64,000 nucleotides of DNA from Dehalococcoidia bacterium (GCA_965219085.1 OZ244720.1:256001-320000); one strand, 5' to 3'. Positions 1 to 16,398 are shown, counted from the stretch's first letter. Made by a program: numbers and translations. The notes: a model not told the origin generated them from the letters alone.

Positions 1-252
1 GGCGGCCTGCTGGACGGCGAGATCATCGTCGTCACGGGCAGGATCGAGCGCTGGTCGCGCAACGAGGTCGAGCGCCTGATCAAGGAGCTCGGCGGGCGCG
101 TGACGGGCAGCGTGTCGAAGCAGACGAGCTACCTCGTGGCCGGCGAGGGCGGCGGCTCCAAGCGCGCCCGCGCGGAGGAGCTTGGCACCGAGATCCTGAG
201 CGAGGGCGAGTTCGTCGAACACCTCCGCGTACGGGGCTGGGACGAAGAATAA
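1..252 (+). CDS. ligA: NAD-dependent DNA ligase, C-terminal BRCT domain (5'-partial)
   Basis: Frame 1 reads GGLLDGEIIVVTGRIERWSRNEVERLIKELGGRVTGSVSKQTSYLVAGEGGGSKRARAEELG...*, the typical LigA BRCT motif; stop TAA at 250-252. Confidence 0.85.
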   Translation, partial: GGLLDGEIIVVTGRIERWSRNEVERLIKELGGRVTGSVSKQTSYLVAGEGGGSKRARAEELGTEILSEGEFVEHLRVRGWDEE

Positions 253-412
253 GACTCCGTCTCGGCGGCCCCTTGCGGGGTCGCGGCTGCGCTATACTCG
301 GAATGCGCCGGCGCAGTGCGGGGGCCGGTCTCTCCCCAGCAATGGAACCCCCTCGCGCCCCGTCGGCGTCTGATTATTGGCCGCTGATGCGGCGTGCCTG
401 CCGGAAGGGCGG

Positions 413-1480
413 ATGATGGCCTTCAACCCACTCTCGTCGTTCCTCGGCATGTTCTCGCATGACGTCGGCATCGATCTCGGGACGGCGAACACGCTGGTGA
501 GCGTGCGCGGGCGCGGCATCGTCATCGACGAGCCGTCGGTGGTGGCGATCGACACCGTCTCGAAGCGCGTGCTCGCCATCGGCAACGAGGCGAAGCTCAT
601 GGTCGGCCGCACACCCTCGACGATCGTGGCGGTGCGGCCGCTGCGCGACGGCGTCATCTCGGACTTCGCGGTCACCGAGCGCATGCTCCAGTACTTCATC
701 CGCTCCGTGCACGACCGCTTCGGCCTCGGCGTCCCGAAGCCGCGCGTGGTGATCGGCATCCCCTCGGGCGCCACCGAGGTGGAGAAGCGCGCGGTCCACG
801 ACGCCGCCGTTGCAGCCGGCGCTCGCTCCTCCTACCTGATCGAGGAGCCGATGGCCGGTGCGATCGGCGCCGGACTGCCGGTCATGGACGCCACGGGCAC
901 GATGATCGTCGACATCGGCGGTGGGACGACGGAGATCGCCGTGATCGCCCTCGGCGGCATCGTGGTGTCGAGTTCGTCACGCGCCGCGGGCGACGCGATG
1001 GACCAGGCGCTGATGGTGTACGCGCGCCAGGTCCACAACATGCTCATTGGCGAGCGCAGCGCCGAGCGCATCAAGATGGAGGCCGGCTCGGCCTACCCCC
1101 TCGACGAGGAAGAAACCGTCGAGATGCGCGGCCGCGACCTCGCTACCGGCCTGCCGAAGGTCGTCGAGTTGTCGACGGTCGAGGTGCGCGACTCGCTGCT
1201 GCCGGTGACGAACGAGATCGTGCAGGCCGTGCGCTCCGCCATCGAGCGGACGCCGCCGGAGTTGGTCGCGGACCTGATGATGCACGGCATCGCGATGGCG
1301 GGTGGCGGCGCGCTGCTGCGCGGCCTCGACCGACGCATCGCCGCCGAGACGCGCTTCCCGACGTACGTCGCCGAGGATCCGCTGCGCGCCGTCGTGCGCG
1401 GCTGCGCCGAGGCCCTCGAGGAAGCCACCACGTTGCAGAAGGTGCAGGCGGCCGTCGCCATGCGACGCCCGCCCCGGTAG
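413..1480 (+). CDS. mreB: Rod shape-determining actin-like protein MreB
   Basis: DVGIDLGTAN, IEEPMAGAIG, VDIGGGTTE and AGGGALL motifs; ATG at 413/416. Confidence 0.97.
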   Translation: MMAFNPLSSFLGMFSHDVGIDLGTANTLVSVRGRGIVIDEPSVVAIDTVSKRVLAIGNEAKLMVGRTPSTIVAVRPLRDGVISDFAVTERMLQYFIRSVHDRFGLGVPKPRVVIGIPSGATEVEKRAVHDAAVAAGARSSYLIEEPMAGAIGAGLPVMDATGTMIVDIGGGTTEIAVIALGGIVVSSSSRAAGDAMDQALMVYARQVHNMLIGERSAERIKMEAGSAYPLDEEETVEMRGRDLATGLPKVVELSTVEVRDSLLPVTNEIVQAVRSAIERTPPELVADLMMHGIAMAGGGALLRGLDRRIAAETRFPTYVAEDPLRAVVRGCAEALEEATTLQKVQAAVAMRRPPR

Positions 1481-1635
1481 CCCCGAGCCACGGAGCGACA
1501 GCCCCCCGCTCGCAGCACTCGCCGAGGCCGGACTCCGGTATCGCCCGCCGGCTGCACGCCGCACTGGACAGCGCGCTAGAATGCGGGTACGAAACCGCTT
1601 AAGCGCATAAACGAATACGTCCGCGCGGGGGCTCC

Positions 1636-2469
1636 GTGGTTCGCACGCAGCAGGTCGGTTGGTTGATTGCAATGCTGGCGATCGGCTTGGCGCTGCTCGC
1701 CGGCTCGGCCCTGCGCAACTTCGGGACCGTCGAGCTGGATGCGGCGGGCATCGTCGGCGCCGCGAGCCGCGCCGTCGCGGTTCCCGCCCGCCCCATCGCC
1801 GACTTCGCCCATCACGTGGGCCAGACGCAGGCCCTCAGCGAGGAGAACGCCGCGCTCCGGCAGGAGGTCGCGCGCCTGGAGGCGAACCTCGCCGCGCTGC
1901 GTGAGCAGCAGATCAGCTCCACGCAGGTCGCGGAGCTGATCGCCGCCGTCGGCACGGACGCGGCCGACAGCTACGTCGCTGCTTCCGTGCTGTTCCGCGA
2001 TCCCGCGCCCGCCCGCGAGGCGCTCACCATCGACCGCGGCCTCAACGACGGCGTGCGCGTGGGGCAGCCGGTGCTCGGACCGGGCGCGACGCTCGTCGGT
2101 CTCGTCTCCGCCGTTGAGGACGACCAGGCGCGTATCCGGCTGCTGATCGACATCGACTCGGCCATTCCGACAGTCGTGCAGTCCTCGCGCACGCAGGCGG
2201 CGCTCACGGCCACACCCGAGGGGCTCCGGCTGGAGTTCGTGCCGACCGAATCCCTGGTCACCATCGGGGACACCGTGCTCAGCTCCGCGCTCGGCGGGGA
2301 GCTGCCCGGCGGGCTGCTCGTCGGCCGGGTGAGCGCGTTCGAGTCCGACCCGCGCGAGCTGTTCGCGTACGCCACGGTGGAGCCGCTGGCGGACTATGCG
2401 CGGCTTGAGCAGGTGCTCGTGCTCATCGCGTTCCAGCCGCTCGAGCCCGATGAGGCATCGTTACCGTGA
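1636..2469 (+). CDS. mreC: Rod shape-determining protein MreC
   Basis: N-terminal TM, coiled coil (LSEENAALRQEV), IDRGLNDGVRVGQPV...LVGLV, SSALGGELPGGLLVGRV; follows mreB. Confidence 0.92.
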   Translation: MVRTQQVGWLIAMLAIGLALLAGSALRNFGTVELDAAGIVGAASRAVAVPARPIADFAHHVGQTQALSEENAALRQEVARLEANLAALREQQISSTQVAELIAAVGTDAADSYVAASVLFRDPAPAREALTIDRGLNDGVRVGQPVLGPGATLVGLVSAVEDDQARIRLLIDIDSAIPTVVQSSRTQAALTATPEGLRLEFVPTESLVTIGDTVLSSALGGELPGGLLVGRVSAFESDPRELFAYATVEPLADYARLEQVLVLIAFQPLEPDEASLP

Positions 2470-2957
2470 GACCGCTCGCGGGACTCGTCGCCGGCGTCGT
2501 GCTGGGGCTGGTGCAACTCGGCGCCGCCCCTGTGCTCTTCGGCGACCCGCGCGCGGCGCCACTCATCCCGCTGGCTGCAATTGCAGGGTGGAGCGCCGCC
2601 AAGGGGTTCGGCGAGGTCGCTCCATGCCTCCTCGGAGCGGCGCTGGTGCTGGGCGTGGCGTCCGAGGACCAGGCGGGCTGGTTCGTGCTCGCCATGGTCC
2701 CGGCAGCCGCGCTGCTCGCCGTCTCCGACGCCGTCTCCCCGCTGCGCAGGCTAGCGCTGGCGCCGGCCGCCGCGACGCTCGGCGCGGGAGCCTACACCGC
2801 CCTGCTGTACGCCGCCTCGGGACGCTTCGAGTTGCTCAGCGTGCAGAGTGAGCCTGCGGTCGAGGTCGTACTATGGACAGGCGCGCTCACAGCCGTCTGT
2901 GCGCTGCTCGCGTGGCCGCTGCGACCGCGCGCACCGAGGACGGGGCTGTTCGTGTGA
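2466..2957 (+). CDS. mreD: Rod shape-determining membrane protein MreD (divergent)
   Basis: 163-aa polytopic membrane protein with GTGA overlaps to both mreC and pbp2; call rests mainly on synteny. Confidence 0.7.
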   Translation: MRPLAGLVAGVVLGLVQLGAAPVLFGDPRAAPLIPLAAIAGWSAAKGFGEVAPCLLGAALVLGVASEDQAGWFVLAMVPAAALLAVSDAVSPLRRLALAPAAATLGAGAYTALLYAASGRFELLSVQSEPAVEVVLWTGALTAVCALLAWPLRPRAPRTGLFV

Positions 2958-4882
2958 ACGACGGGCGCCTGTGGACGCTACAACTCGTCGTCGCCGTGGC
3001 GCTGGTGGCGCTCTCGGTGCAGCTCGTGCGCGTGCACCTGGTTGAGCTCCCCGTCCCGCCCGAGGGCTCCGACGCGCTCAGCGTCCGCGACATACCGATC
3101 GATGCTCCGCGCGGACTCGTCCTCGACCGCGACGGCGAGGTGCTCGCGCGCAACGTGCCGTTGTTCACCGTGGCAATCGTGCCGGGAGAACTGCCCGCGG
3201 ACGCCTCGGGGCGGCGGACGGCGCTGCTGGCGGTCGAGCGACATACCGGCGTCCCGCTGCGCACGCTCGAACGCGTCATCAGCACGGGCCTTGCCACCAT
3301 CGACCCGCTCGTGCCGGTCGAGGTGCATAGCGGGTTCGGCCGCCAGGACGCGATCATGCTGCGCGCCTCGCTCTCCGCGGTACCGGGGGTGCTGGTACAG
3401 ACCCGTGCCATGCGCCTCTACGGAGGCGGCGACCTGCTCGGCCACATACTCGGGCACGTCGGGCCCATCCCGGCGGAGAACGCCGAGGAGTACCTCGGCG
3501 ACGGGTACCGCCTCGACGAGCGCGTCGGCCAGTCCGGCGTGGAGGCGGTGTACGAGTCGCAGCTGCGCGGCCAGCTCGGTCGGCGCATCGTGCTCGCCGA
3601 CCCCACGGGTCGCGAGGTCGAGCACCTCACGGAGGTGGGCGCGGTCGCCGGTGCAGACCTGGTGCTGAGCATCGACCTCGACCTGCAGCGGGCGACGGCG
3701 GAGGCGCTCGAGCAAGGCCTGGACATCGGCCTCGAGGTGGCGCTGAGCCGGCCCGTCCGCCACGACCAGCCGTTGGACCGGGTCGGCGCTGCCGTGGTCA
3801 TCGACGTGCGGACGGGGGAGCTGCTCGCGCTCGTCTCCTCCCCCTCGTACGACGCGAACGCGTTCTCCGGCCTGAACCCCGATATCGACACGGTGGCGTT
3901 GCTCACCGGCGAGGGAAGCCCGCTGGTGCACCGCGCATACCAGGAAGTGCGCTCACCGGGTTCGATCTTCAAGCCGTTGATCGGCGCCGCGGCGCTGCAG
4001 GAGGGCGTGGCGACGCCTTCGACGCGGATCCGCAGCACCGGAGCGCTGACGGTGCGGAGCATCTACGACCCCAGCGTGACGTATACGTTCCGCGACTGGA
4101 CCGCGCACGGCGTGCTCGACTTCTACGGCGGACTCCTCCGATCGTCGGACGTTTACTACTACTACCTCTCCGGCGGCTATGACGCCCCGGACGGCACGTC
4201 CTTCGAAGGGCTCGGCGTCGAGCGTATCGCCCGCTACGTGCGCCAGTTCGGGCTCGGCGCGCCCACGGGCCTCGACCTCCCGGGCGAGGCCGGAGGCCTG
4301 GTGCCCGACAGCGCGTGGAAGGAATCGACGGTCGGCGAGCCGTGGGTGCTGGGCGATACCTACACGTTCGGCATCGGCCAGGGCTACCTGACGGTGACGC
4401 CGCTGCAGATGGCAGTCGCGGCAGCCGCGATCGCCAACGGCGGCGAGGTGCTCGTGCCGCGCGTCGCGCGCGGGTTCCGCGTCGGCGACGACGTCGAGTT
4501 GCTGCCGCGCCAGGTGGCGGGCGTGCTGCCGATCGACACGGAGCACCTCGATGTCGTGCGCGAGGCGCTGAAGCGGACGGCCGACCATCCCCTCGGCACG
4601 GCGAGGCGCGGCGAGCCGGAGGGCATCACCATCGCCGGCAAGACCGGCACCGCGGAGTTCGGGCCACGACACCCCGACGCCGAGTTCGACACGCACGGCT
4701 GGTTCATCGCCTTCGCACCGTACGAGGACCCGGAGGTCGCCGTCGCCGTCTACCTGAAGCATGGGTCGGGCGCGCTGCACGCCGCACCGGTGGCGCACGA
4801 CATCTTCGAGGCATACTTCAACCCGCCGACCGCCCAGGTCGGGTCGCTATCGGGATCTGAAGCCACGGGGGACGCTCCATGA
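2954..4882 (+). CDS. mrdA: Penicillin-binding protein 2 (class B transpeptidase)
   Basis: APRGLVLDRDG, GQSGVE, SxxK (GSIFK), SxD (SSDVYY), KTGT motifs; GTG start at 2954 overlapping mreD stop. Confidence 0.95.
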   Translation: MNDGRLWTLQLVVAVALVALSVQLVRVHLVELPVPPEGSDALSVRDIPIDAPRGLVLDRDGEVLARNVPLFTVAIVPGELPADASGRRTALLAVERHTGVPLRTLERVISTGLATIDPLVPVEVHSGFGRQDAIMLRASLSAVPGVLVQTRAMRLYGGGDLLGHILGHVGPIPAENAEEYLGDGYRLDERVGQSGVEAVYESQLRGQLGRRIVLADPTGREVEHLTEVGAVAGADLVLSIDLDLQRATAEALEQGLDIGLEVALSRPVRHDQPLDRVGAAVVIDVRTGELLALVSSPSYDANAFSGLNPDIDTVALLTGEGSPLVHRAYQEVRSPGSIFKPLIGAAALQEGVATPSTRIRSTGALTVRSIYDPSVTYTFRDWTAHGVLDFYGGLLRSSDVYYYYLSGGYDAPDGTSFEGLGVERIARYVRQFGLGAPTGLDLPGEAGGLVPDSAWKESTVGEPWVLGDTYTFGIGQGYLTVTPLQMAVAAAAIANGGEVLVPRVARGFRVGDDVELLPRQVAGVLPIDTEHLDVVREALKRTADHPLGTARRGEPEGITIAGKTGTAEFGPRHPDAEFDTHGWFIAFAPYEDPEVAVAVYLKHGSGALHAAPVAHDIFEAYFNPPTAQVGSLSGSEATGDAP

Positions 4883-6039
4883 TCGCCCCTCCGCCCGGAG
4901 CACGAGCGGCGGCAGCATCGTTCCATGTGTTGGCTCGCAGCGATCGTCTGCTCTGGCTCGCGGTCGCGGCGCTCGCCGCGCTCGGCCTGCTGATGGCGTA
5001 CTCGGCGTCACTCGACGAGCCGCCACACCCCACGATCACTGCTGAGGCGGTGAGGCACGCGATGCTCGGCGCGCTGGGCATCGCGGCCATGCTCGTGGCC
5101 GCGCGGATCGACTACCGGCGGCTGCGACGCTACAGCGCGCTCGCCTACCTCGGGGCAGCCGCGCTGCTGGTCGTCGTGGTCGTGATCGGCGAGTCCGAGT
5201 ACGGCGCGCGGCGCTGGCTGGCGGTCGGGGGGTCGACGATCCAGCCGGCCGAAGCCGCGAAGCTCGCGCTCGTGCTCGCGCTGGCCGCCTACACCGCCTC
5301 CAGGCCGCCGCGCGCGGCCGCGCTTGCGGTCACGGCCGTGCTGCTGGCGCTGCTGGCCGCGCCCGTGCTGGCGCAGCCGGATACCGGCACCACGGTCGTC
5401 CTCGCCGGCACCTGGATTGGCATGGTGATTGTCTGGGGCGTGCCATGGCGCACGCTTGGGGTGCTGTTCGCCGTCCTGGGAGCAGCCGGGCCGCTGGCGT
5501 TCGCGGTGATGGTGCCCGACTACCAGCGGGAACGGCTGGCTGTGTTCCTCGATCCCACCCGGGATCCCCTCGGCAGCGGCTTCAGCCTGCGGCAAGCTGA
5601 GGCCGCACTCGCCACCGGCGGCATCACCGGCGAGGGGCTGTTCCGCGGCGCCGAGTCACAACTCGCCAGCGTCAGCGCTCGCTCGAGCGACTTCATCTTC
5701 GCGCTCGTTGGCGAGGAGCTCGGGCTGGGCGGCGGACTGGTCGTGATAGCGCTCTTCGGGCTCATCGCGTGGCGCGGATTCGAGGCGTCGCGGCACGCGC
5801 CCGACACCTTCGGCCGGATGCTCGCCGCCGGCCTGACGACGCTGATCGTGCTGCAGGCCTTTGTCAACGTGGCGGTCAACCTGCGACTCTTCCCCGCCAC
5901 GGGACTGCCGCTGCCCTTCGTCTCATCGGGGGGCTCGGCGCTCCTCGTCGTGTTCGTGGCGGTCGGGCTGCTGCAGAGCGTGCACAGCCAGCGCATGCCG
6001 GCGCAGGGCATGCAGGCAGCCATGGATCGCGAGGCCTGA
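4879..6039 (+). CDS. rodA: SEDS family peptidoglycan glycosyltransferase RodA
   Basis: GARRWL, IQPAEAAK, QPDTGT, DFIFALVGEELG, PATGLPLPFVSSGGS; downstream of pbp2. Confidence 0.93.
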   Translation: MIAPPPGARAAAASFHVLARSDRLLWLAVAALAALGLLMAYSASLDEPPHPTITAEAVRHAMLGALGIAAMLVAARIDYRRLRRYSALAYLGAAALLVVVVVIGESEYGARRWLAVGGSTIQPAEAAKLALVLALAAYTASRPPRAAALAVTAVLLALLAAPVLAQPDTGTTVVLAGTWIGMVIVWGVPWRTLGVLFAVLGAAGPLAFAVMVPDYQRERLAVFLDPTRDPLGSGFSLRQAEAALATGGITGEGLFRGAESQLASVSARSSDFIFALVGEELGLGGGLVVIALFGLIAWRGFEASRHAPDTFGRMLAAGLTTLIVLQAFVNVAVNLRLFPATGLPLPFVSSGGSALLVVFVAVGLLQSVHSQRMPAQGMQAAMDREA

Positions 6040-6139
6040 GGCCGCGCCACTCGTCCCCCGTCAACGAGGGAACAACACGAAGGCCGCCTGCCGGCGGCCC
6101 TCGGTGTGTGCTGGCGCCCGCGCCCCTGGGCGCGGACGG

Positions 6140-8647
<2,508 letters not shown>

Positions 8648-8827
8648 CGCGGACTCCCGTCCGTGCTGTCGTCTAGGCTACCACGGCCTGATTTCGAGCA
8701 CGATCCGCGCTCGTCATGAGCCGCCGGCCGAACGCGCGATGCGGCGTCCCGCCTCTTGCCCCGCAATCCGGATCCCGCACCGGGCGAGCACCCGCAGCGC
8801 AACAGCCCGGGTGGCGGGGCGAGTGGC

Positions 8828-10444
8828 CTATTCTGGGTCGGCCGCCTCCTGCGCGTCGGCGAGCTCGGCCTGTGCCTGCTGCATCGCGGCGGCGATCGCC
8901 GTGAGCGGCGGCGCGTCGTCGCGGCGCGAGCCGGCCTGCCGGCCACCGCCGCTGCCACGCGAGCCCTCGCGCGCCTTGCGGCGGGCATCCAGCTCCTCGC
9001 GGCGCTGCGCGTAGCGCTCATCGGTGGCAGCGGACTCCTCCGGGAAGGCCTCGCGCGCCTCGTCGGGCACCTGGACCACGCGACCCTGGTCGTCGAACTG
9101 CCACCCGAGGATCTCCGCCTGCGACCGCGCCTCGCGCAGCGACAGACCGAGCCGGTGCCGATCCTGCTCGATGCGCACGATCTTGAGCGGCAGCACGTCA
9201 CCCTCGGAGAGCACTTCCTCCGGGTGGTTGATGCGCCGGTCGACGATCTCCGAGACGTGCGCGAGCCCCTCGACGGGTCCCGGCAGCCGTGTGAAGGCGC
9301 CGAAGGCGACGAGCTTGGTGACCACGCCCGGCACGACGTCGCCGACGTGGTACTGGGAGATGAGGTCCTGCCACTGCTCGGGGGCCGCCCGGCGGATGGA
9401 CAGCGCGATCTTCTTGTTCTCGCGGTCTACGCGCATCACGAAGACGTCGATCTCCTGCCCGACCTTGAACAGCTCCTCCGGGTCGTTGTTGCGGTCCCAG
9501 GACAGCTCGGAGAGGTGTGCGAGGCCGTCCGCGCCGCCGAGGTCGACGAAGACCCCGAAGTTGCGGATCGACGTGATCTTGCCGCTGCGGATCTCGCCTT
9601 CGGTGAGCTCCTCCAGGAGGCGCTCCTTCTGGGCGGCGCGCCACTCCTGCATGGCCGCGCGCTCGGAGAGGATGGCGCGGTTGCGGCGCCGGTTGATCTC
9701 GATCACCTTCATGCGGAGGCTGCGGCCCACCATCTCCGACAGCGGGTTCGCGCCCTCGGTGCCGGGCTTGGCGCCCACCACCTGCGACATGGGGATGAAG
9801 GCGTTCACGCCCTCGACGTTCGCGAGCAGGCCGCCCTTGTTGAAGCCCGTGATCTCCGCGTCGAAGATCTCACCGCTCTCGAAGCGCTCTTGCAGCACGC
9901 GCCAGCCCTGCTCGCCGCGCGCGCGGTCGATTGAGAGCAGCACCTGGCCCTCTTCGGTCTCCGGCTGCAGCACGTACACGAGCAGCTTGTCGCCGATGTG
10001 GATGCGCGACAGCGGGTCCGCGCCCATCGAGTGCATCTCATGCGTCGGCACGACGCCTTCGGACTTGGAGCCGATGTCGACGAGGTCGACAAGCACGCCC
10101 TCGCGCTCAACCCCCATCACCAGACCTTCGACGACCTCACCGCGGCGCAGTTGCCGTGGCTCGGGGGCGTCGCCGGACGCGAGGAGCTCGGCCATGTCGA
10201 CGATCTCGGGCTCGGCGCCGGCCGGCGCGGGCGCCTCGGGCTCGGCGACCGCCGTGGCGGCCGGCGCGGGCGCCTCGGGCTCGGCGACCGCCGTGGCGGC
10301 CGGCGCGGACGCGTCGGGCTCGGCGACGGCCGGCGTGGGCGCCTCGGGAGCGGGCGGCGGAGCTTCGGTGGGTGGTGACTCGGGAGCGTCGGGCGCGACG
10401 CTGGTTGGCGGTTCGGTCTGCTCGGACGTGGGCGATGTGGTCAA
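8828..10444 (-). CDS. rpsA: 30S ribosomal protein S1 (four S1 domains) with Pro/Ala-rich N-terminal extension
   Basis: S1 repeats (VDIGSKSEG, FNKGGLL, FGVFVDLGGADGLAHLSE, FGAF..VEGLAHVSE); probable TTG start at 10444 after GGAGG (start uncertain). Confidence 0.88.
   Translation of the reverse strand: MTTSPTSEQTEPPTSVAPDAPESPPTEAPPPAPEAPTPAVAEPDASAPAATAVAEPEAPAPAATAVAEPEAPAPAGAEPEIVDMAELLASGDAPEPRQLRRGEVVEGLVMGVEREGVLVDLVDIGSKSEGVVPTHEMHSMGADPLSRIHIGDKLLVYVLQPETEEGQVLLSIDRARGEQGWRVLQERFESGEIFDAEITGFNKGGLLANVEGVNAFIPMSQVVGAKPGTEGANPLSEMVGRSLRMKVIEINRRRNRAILSERAAMQEWRAAQKERLLEELTEGEIRSGKITSIRNFGVFVDLGGADGLAHLSELSWDRNNDPEELFKVGQEIDVFVMRVDRENKKIALSIRRAAPEQWQDLISQYHVGDVVPGVVTKLVAFGAFTRLPGPVEGLAHVSEIVDRRINHPEEVLSEGDVLPLKIVRIEQDRHRLGLSLREARSQAEILGWQFDDQGRVVQVPDEAREAFPEESAATDERYAQRREELDARRKAREGSRGSGGGRQAGSRRDDAPPLTAIAAAMQQAQAELADAQEAADPE
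10208..10330. repeat. 39-bp tandem repeat (about 3 copies) in rpsA 5' region
   Basis: gggctcggcgaccgccgtggcggccggcgcgggcgcctc units; encode AVAEPEAPAPAAT. Confidence 0.8.
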
Positions 10445-10585
10445 ACTACCTGGGCCTCCCATGCTTGGTTTCGCGCCGTGACCCGCGAAGGCCACGGCGA
10501 CGCGCGGATCATACCACGCGCGCGCGGACGGTCTTGCCGGCGCGGTGCGGGGTGCGACCCGAGGCGTGAGGGGGTCCGGGATCAC

Positions 10586-10614
10586 GCAGGCCGGCCCTGG
10601 TGAGGCCGGCCTGC
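10586..10614 (-). terminator. Hairpin downstream of 5S rRNA
   Basis: GCAGGCCGGCC-ctggtga-GGCCGGCCTGC 11-bp perfect stem; no strong U-tract. Confidence 0.55.
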
Positions 10615-10627
10615 TGTGTAGCCGTAG

Positions 10628-10746
10628 TCCTGGCGGTGGCCTATTTTCCGCGCCCAGTTGCCCGGGGAGTATCGTCAGCGCTGCGGCGTTTCACTTCCGT
10701 GTTCGGGATGGGAACGGGTGGTTCCACCGCGCTCTAACCACCAGGA
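10628..10746 (-). rRNA. rrf: 5S rRNA
   Basis: Reverse complement TCCTGGTGG...CCATCCCGAACACGGAAGTGAAAC...CCGCCAGGA with paired ends. Confidence 0.97.
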
Positions 10747-10844
10747 CTGCCCACTATCGAGCCTCGGCGTGGGAGCCGCAAGCGCCCCGGCCGCCCCTCG
10801 GTTCCTCGAGGCGGTGCGGGTGTGGCTGGAGCCGGGAGCGGGGC

Positions 10845-10928
10845 GCTCTGCCGTAGCCCAGCTGCCGTCGCCGCTCTGCCGTCGCCCAGCTGCTGTCGCC
10901 GCTCTGCCGTCGCCCAGTTGCCGTCACC
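10845..10928. repeat. 28-bp tandem repeat x3 between tRNA-fMet and 5S
   Basis: gctctgccgtagcccagctgccgtcgcc / gctctgccgtcgcccagctgctgtcgcc / gctctgccgtcgcccagttgccgtcacc. Confidence 0.9.
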
Positions 10929-10941
10929 AGGCGGGGGACGC

Positions 10942-10968
10942 AAAACGGGCGGAGCAGGTGCTCCGCCC
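10942..10968 (-). terminator. Intrinsic terminator after tRNA-fMet
   Basis: Minus strand GGGCGGAGCA-cc-TGCTCCGCCC followed by GTTTT. Confidence 0.7.
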
Positions 10969-10979
10969 GGTCATTGTTT

Positions 10980-11054
10980 TGGTAGCGGGAGAGGGATTCG
11001 AACCCCCGACCTTCGGGTTATGAGCCCGATGAGCTACCGCTGCTCCATCCCGCG
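10980..11054 (-). tRNA. tRNA-fMet (CAT, initiator)
   Basis: CGCGGGATGGAGCAGCGGTAGCTCATCGGGCTCATAACCCG...CCCGCTACCA; C1:A72 mismatch and GGG/CCC anticodon stem. Confidence 0.96.
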
Positions 11055-11067
11055 TCGCTGTGCAGCC

Positions 11068-11076
11068 AGTATAGCA
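11068..11076 (-). promoter_or_regulatory. Extended -10 promoter for tRNA-fMet
   Basis: TGcTATACT on minus strand, 13 nt upstream of the tRNA 5' end. Confidence 0.55.
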
Positions 11077-11200
11077 CGGGTGGCTGCCCGCCCGGGTGCC
11101 CCGGTGGGGGCGTACCGGCGCCTGCACACGGAAGAACGCACGAGCGATGTTGGCTACAAGGTTGAAGTACGGCGGCGAGGGATCACGGATGTGCCTGATG

Positions 11201-14139
<2,939 letters not shown>

Positions 14140-14412
14140 CTTCGTCAGGCACTCCCGCGATCGTTGTGCCACCGTACCCGCCCGGAACCTCGATGGCCCC
14201 GCGCCGGCCGGCGGCTTCCCGCTCGCCGTTGTACTCCAACTGTGTTTTGTAGCTTGTATTTTCGCTCGTGCGCTCTTCCGTTGTGAAGGTGCCGGTACGG
14301 GAGCGGCATGCTCCCGCCGAGGACGCTGCCGGCGGCTGACGCCGCGGGCTGCGTATCCCACTGATGTGGTGTGGCCCGGCCCTGCCGGCAGCCAGCGTGG
14401 CCAGCAGCCAGT

Positions 14413-14488
14413 TGGTGGAGCCGGGGGGACTCGAACCCCCGACTTCCGCCTTGCAAAGGCGGCGCTCTCCCAGCTGAGCTACGGCCCC
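14413..14488 (-). tRNA. tRNA-Ala (TGC)
   Basis: GGGGCCGTAGCTCAGCTGGGAGAGCGCCGCCTTTGCAAGGCGG...CTCCACCA in the ITS. Confidence 0.97.
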
Positions 14489-14540
14489 ACGCCGGTACGA
14501 CCCGGGGGACCGCCGCTGGCGGCTCCTGGCCGTTGGGTGC

Positions 14541-14617
14541 TGGTGGGCCATCCTGGACTCGAACCAGGGACCTCAGTCTTATCAGGACTGCGCTCTAACC
14601 AACTGAGCTAATGGCCC
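14541..14617 (-). tRNA. tRNA-Ile (GAT)
   Basis: GGGCCATTAGCTCAGTTGGTTAGAGCGCAGTCCTGATAAGACTG...GGCCCACCA in the ITS. Confidence 0.97.
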
Positions 14618-14913
14618 GGCGCTGCCCGGAGACCGTCGCCCCGCTGGCCCCGAGGACTGATCCTGAGGACTCGTACGGAGCGACGGAGGGGGCGGGCACA
14701 TCAACCGTTGGATAGCAGTCAGAAGCGGCGCGCCGATTCCACGCGCGGTGCGCATCACCAACTCCGGTCACTGGGGCGCGCACGACCCCGTACTCCGGCA
14801 GCCTCGAGCAACGCTCGGGGCGTTCGGAGCGACCGGCAGCTGATCGACCTGGGTACTGTACCGGGCCCGACCGCACACCGTGCGGACAGACAACTTCCGG
14901 CAGAGGTATCCCT

Positions 14914-16398
<1,485 letters not shown>

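Noticed and set aside
10845-10928. Possible CRISPR array
   Set aside because: Repeats are contiguous with no spacers, and there are no cas genes in the window
11110-11200. Long complementarity to 14140-14300 (and 14690-14730 to 16587-16630) as a novel RNA
   Set aside because: Ordinary processing stems flanking 23S and 16S
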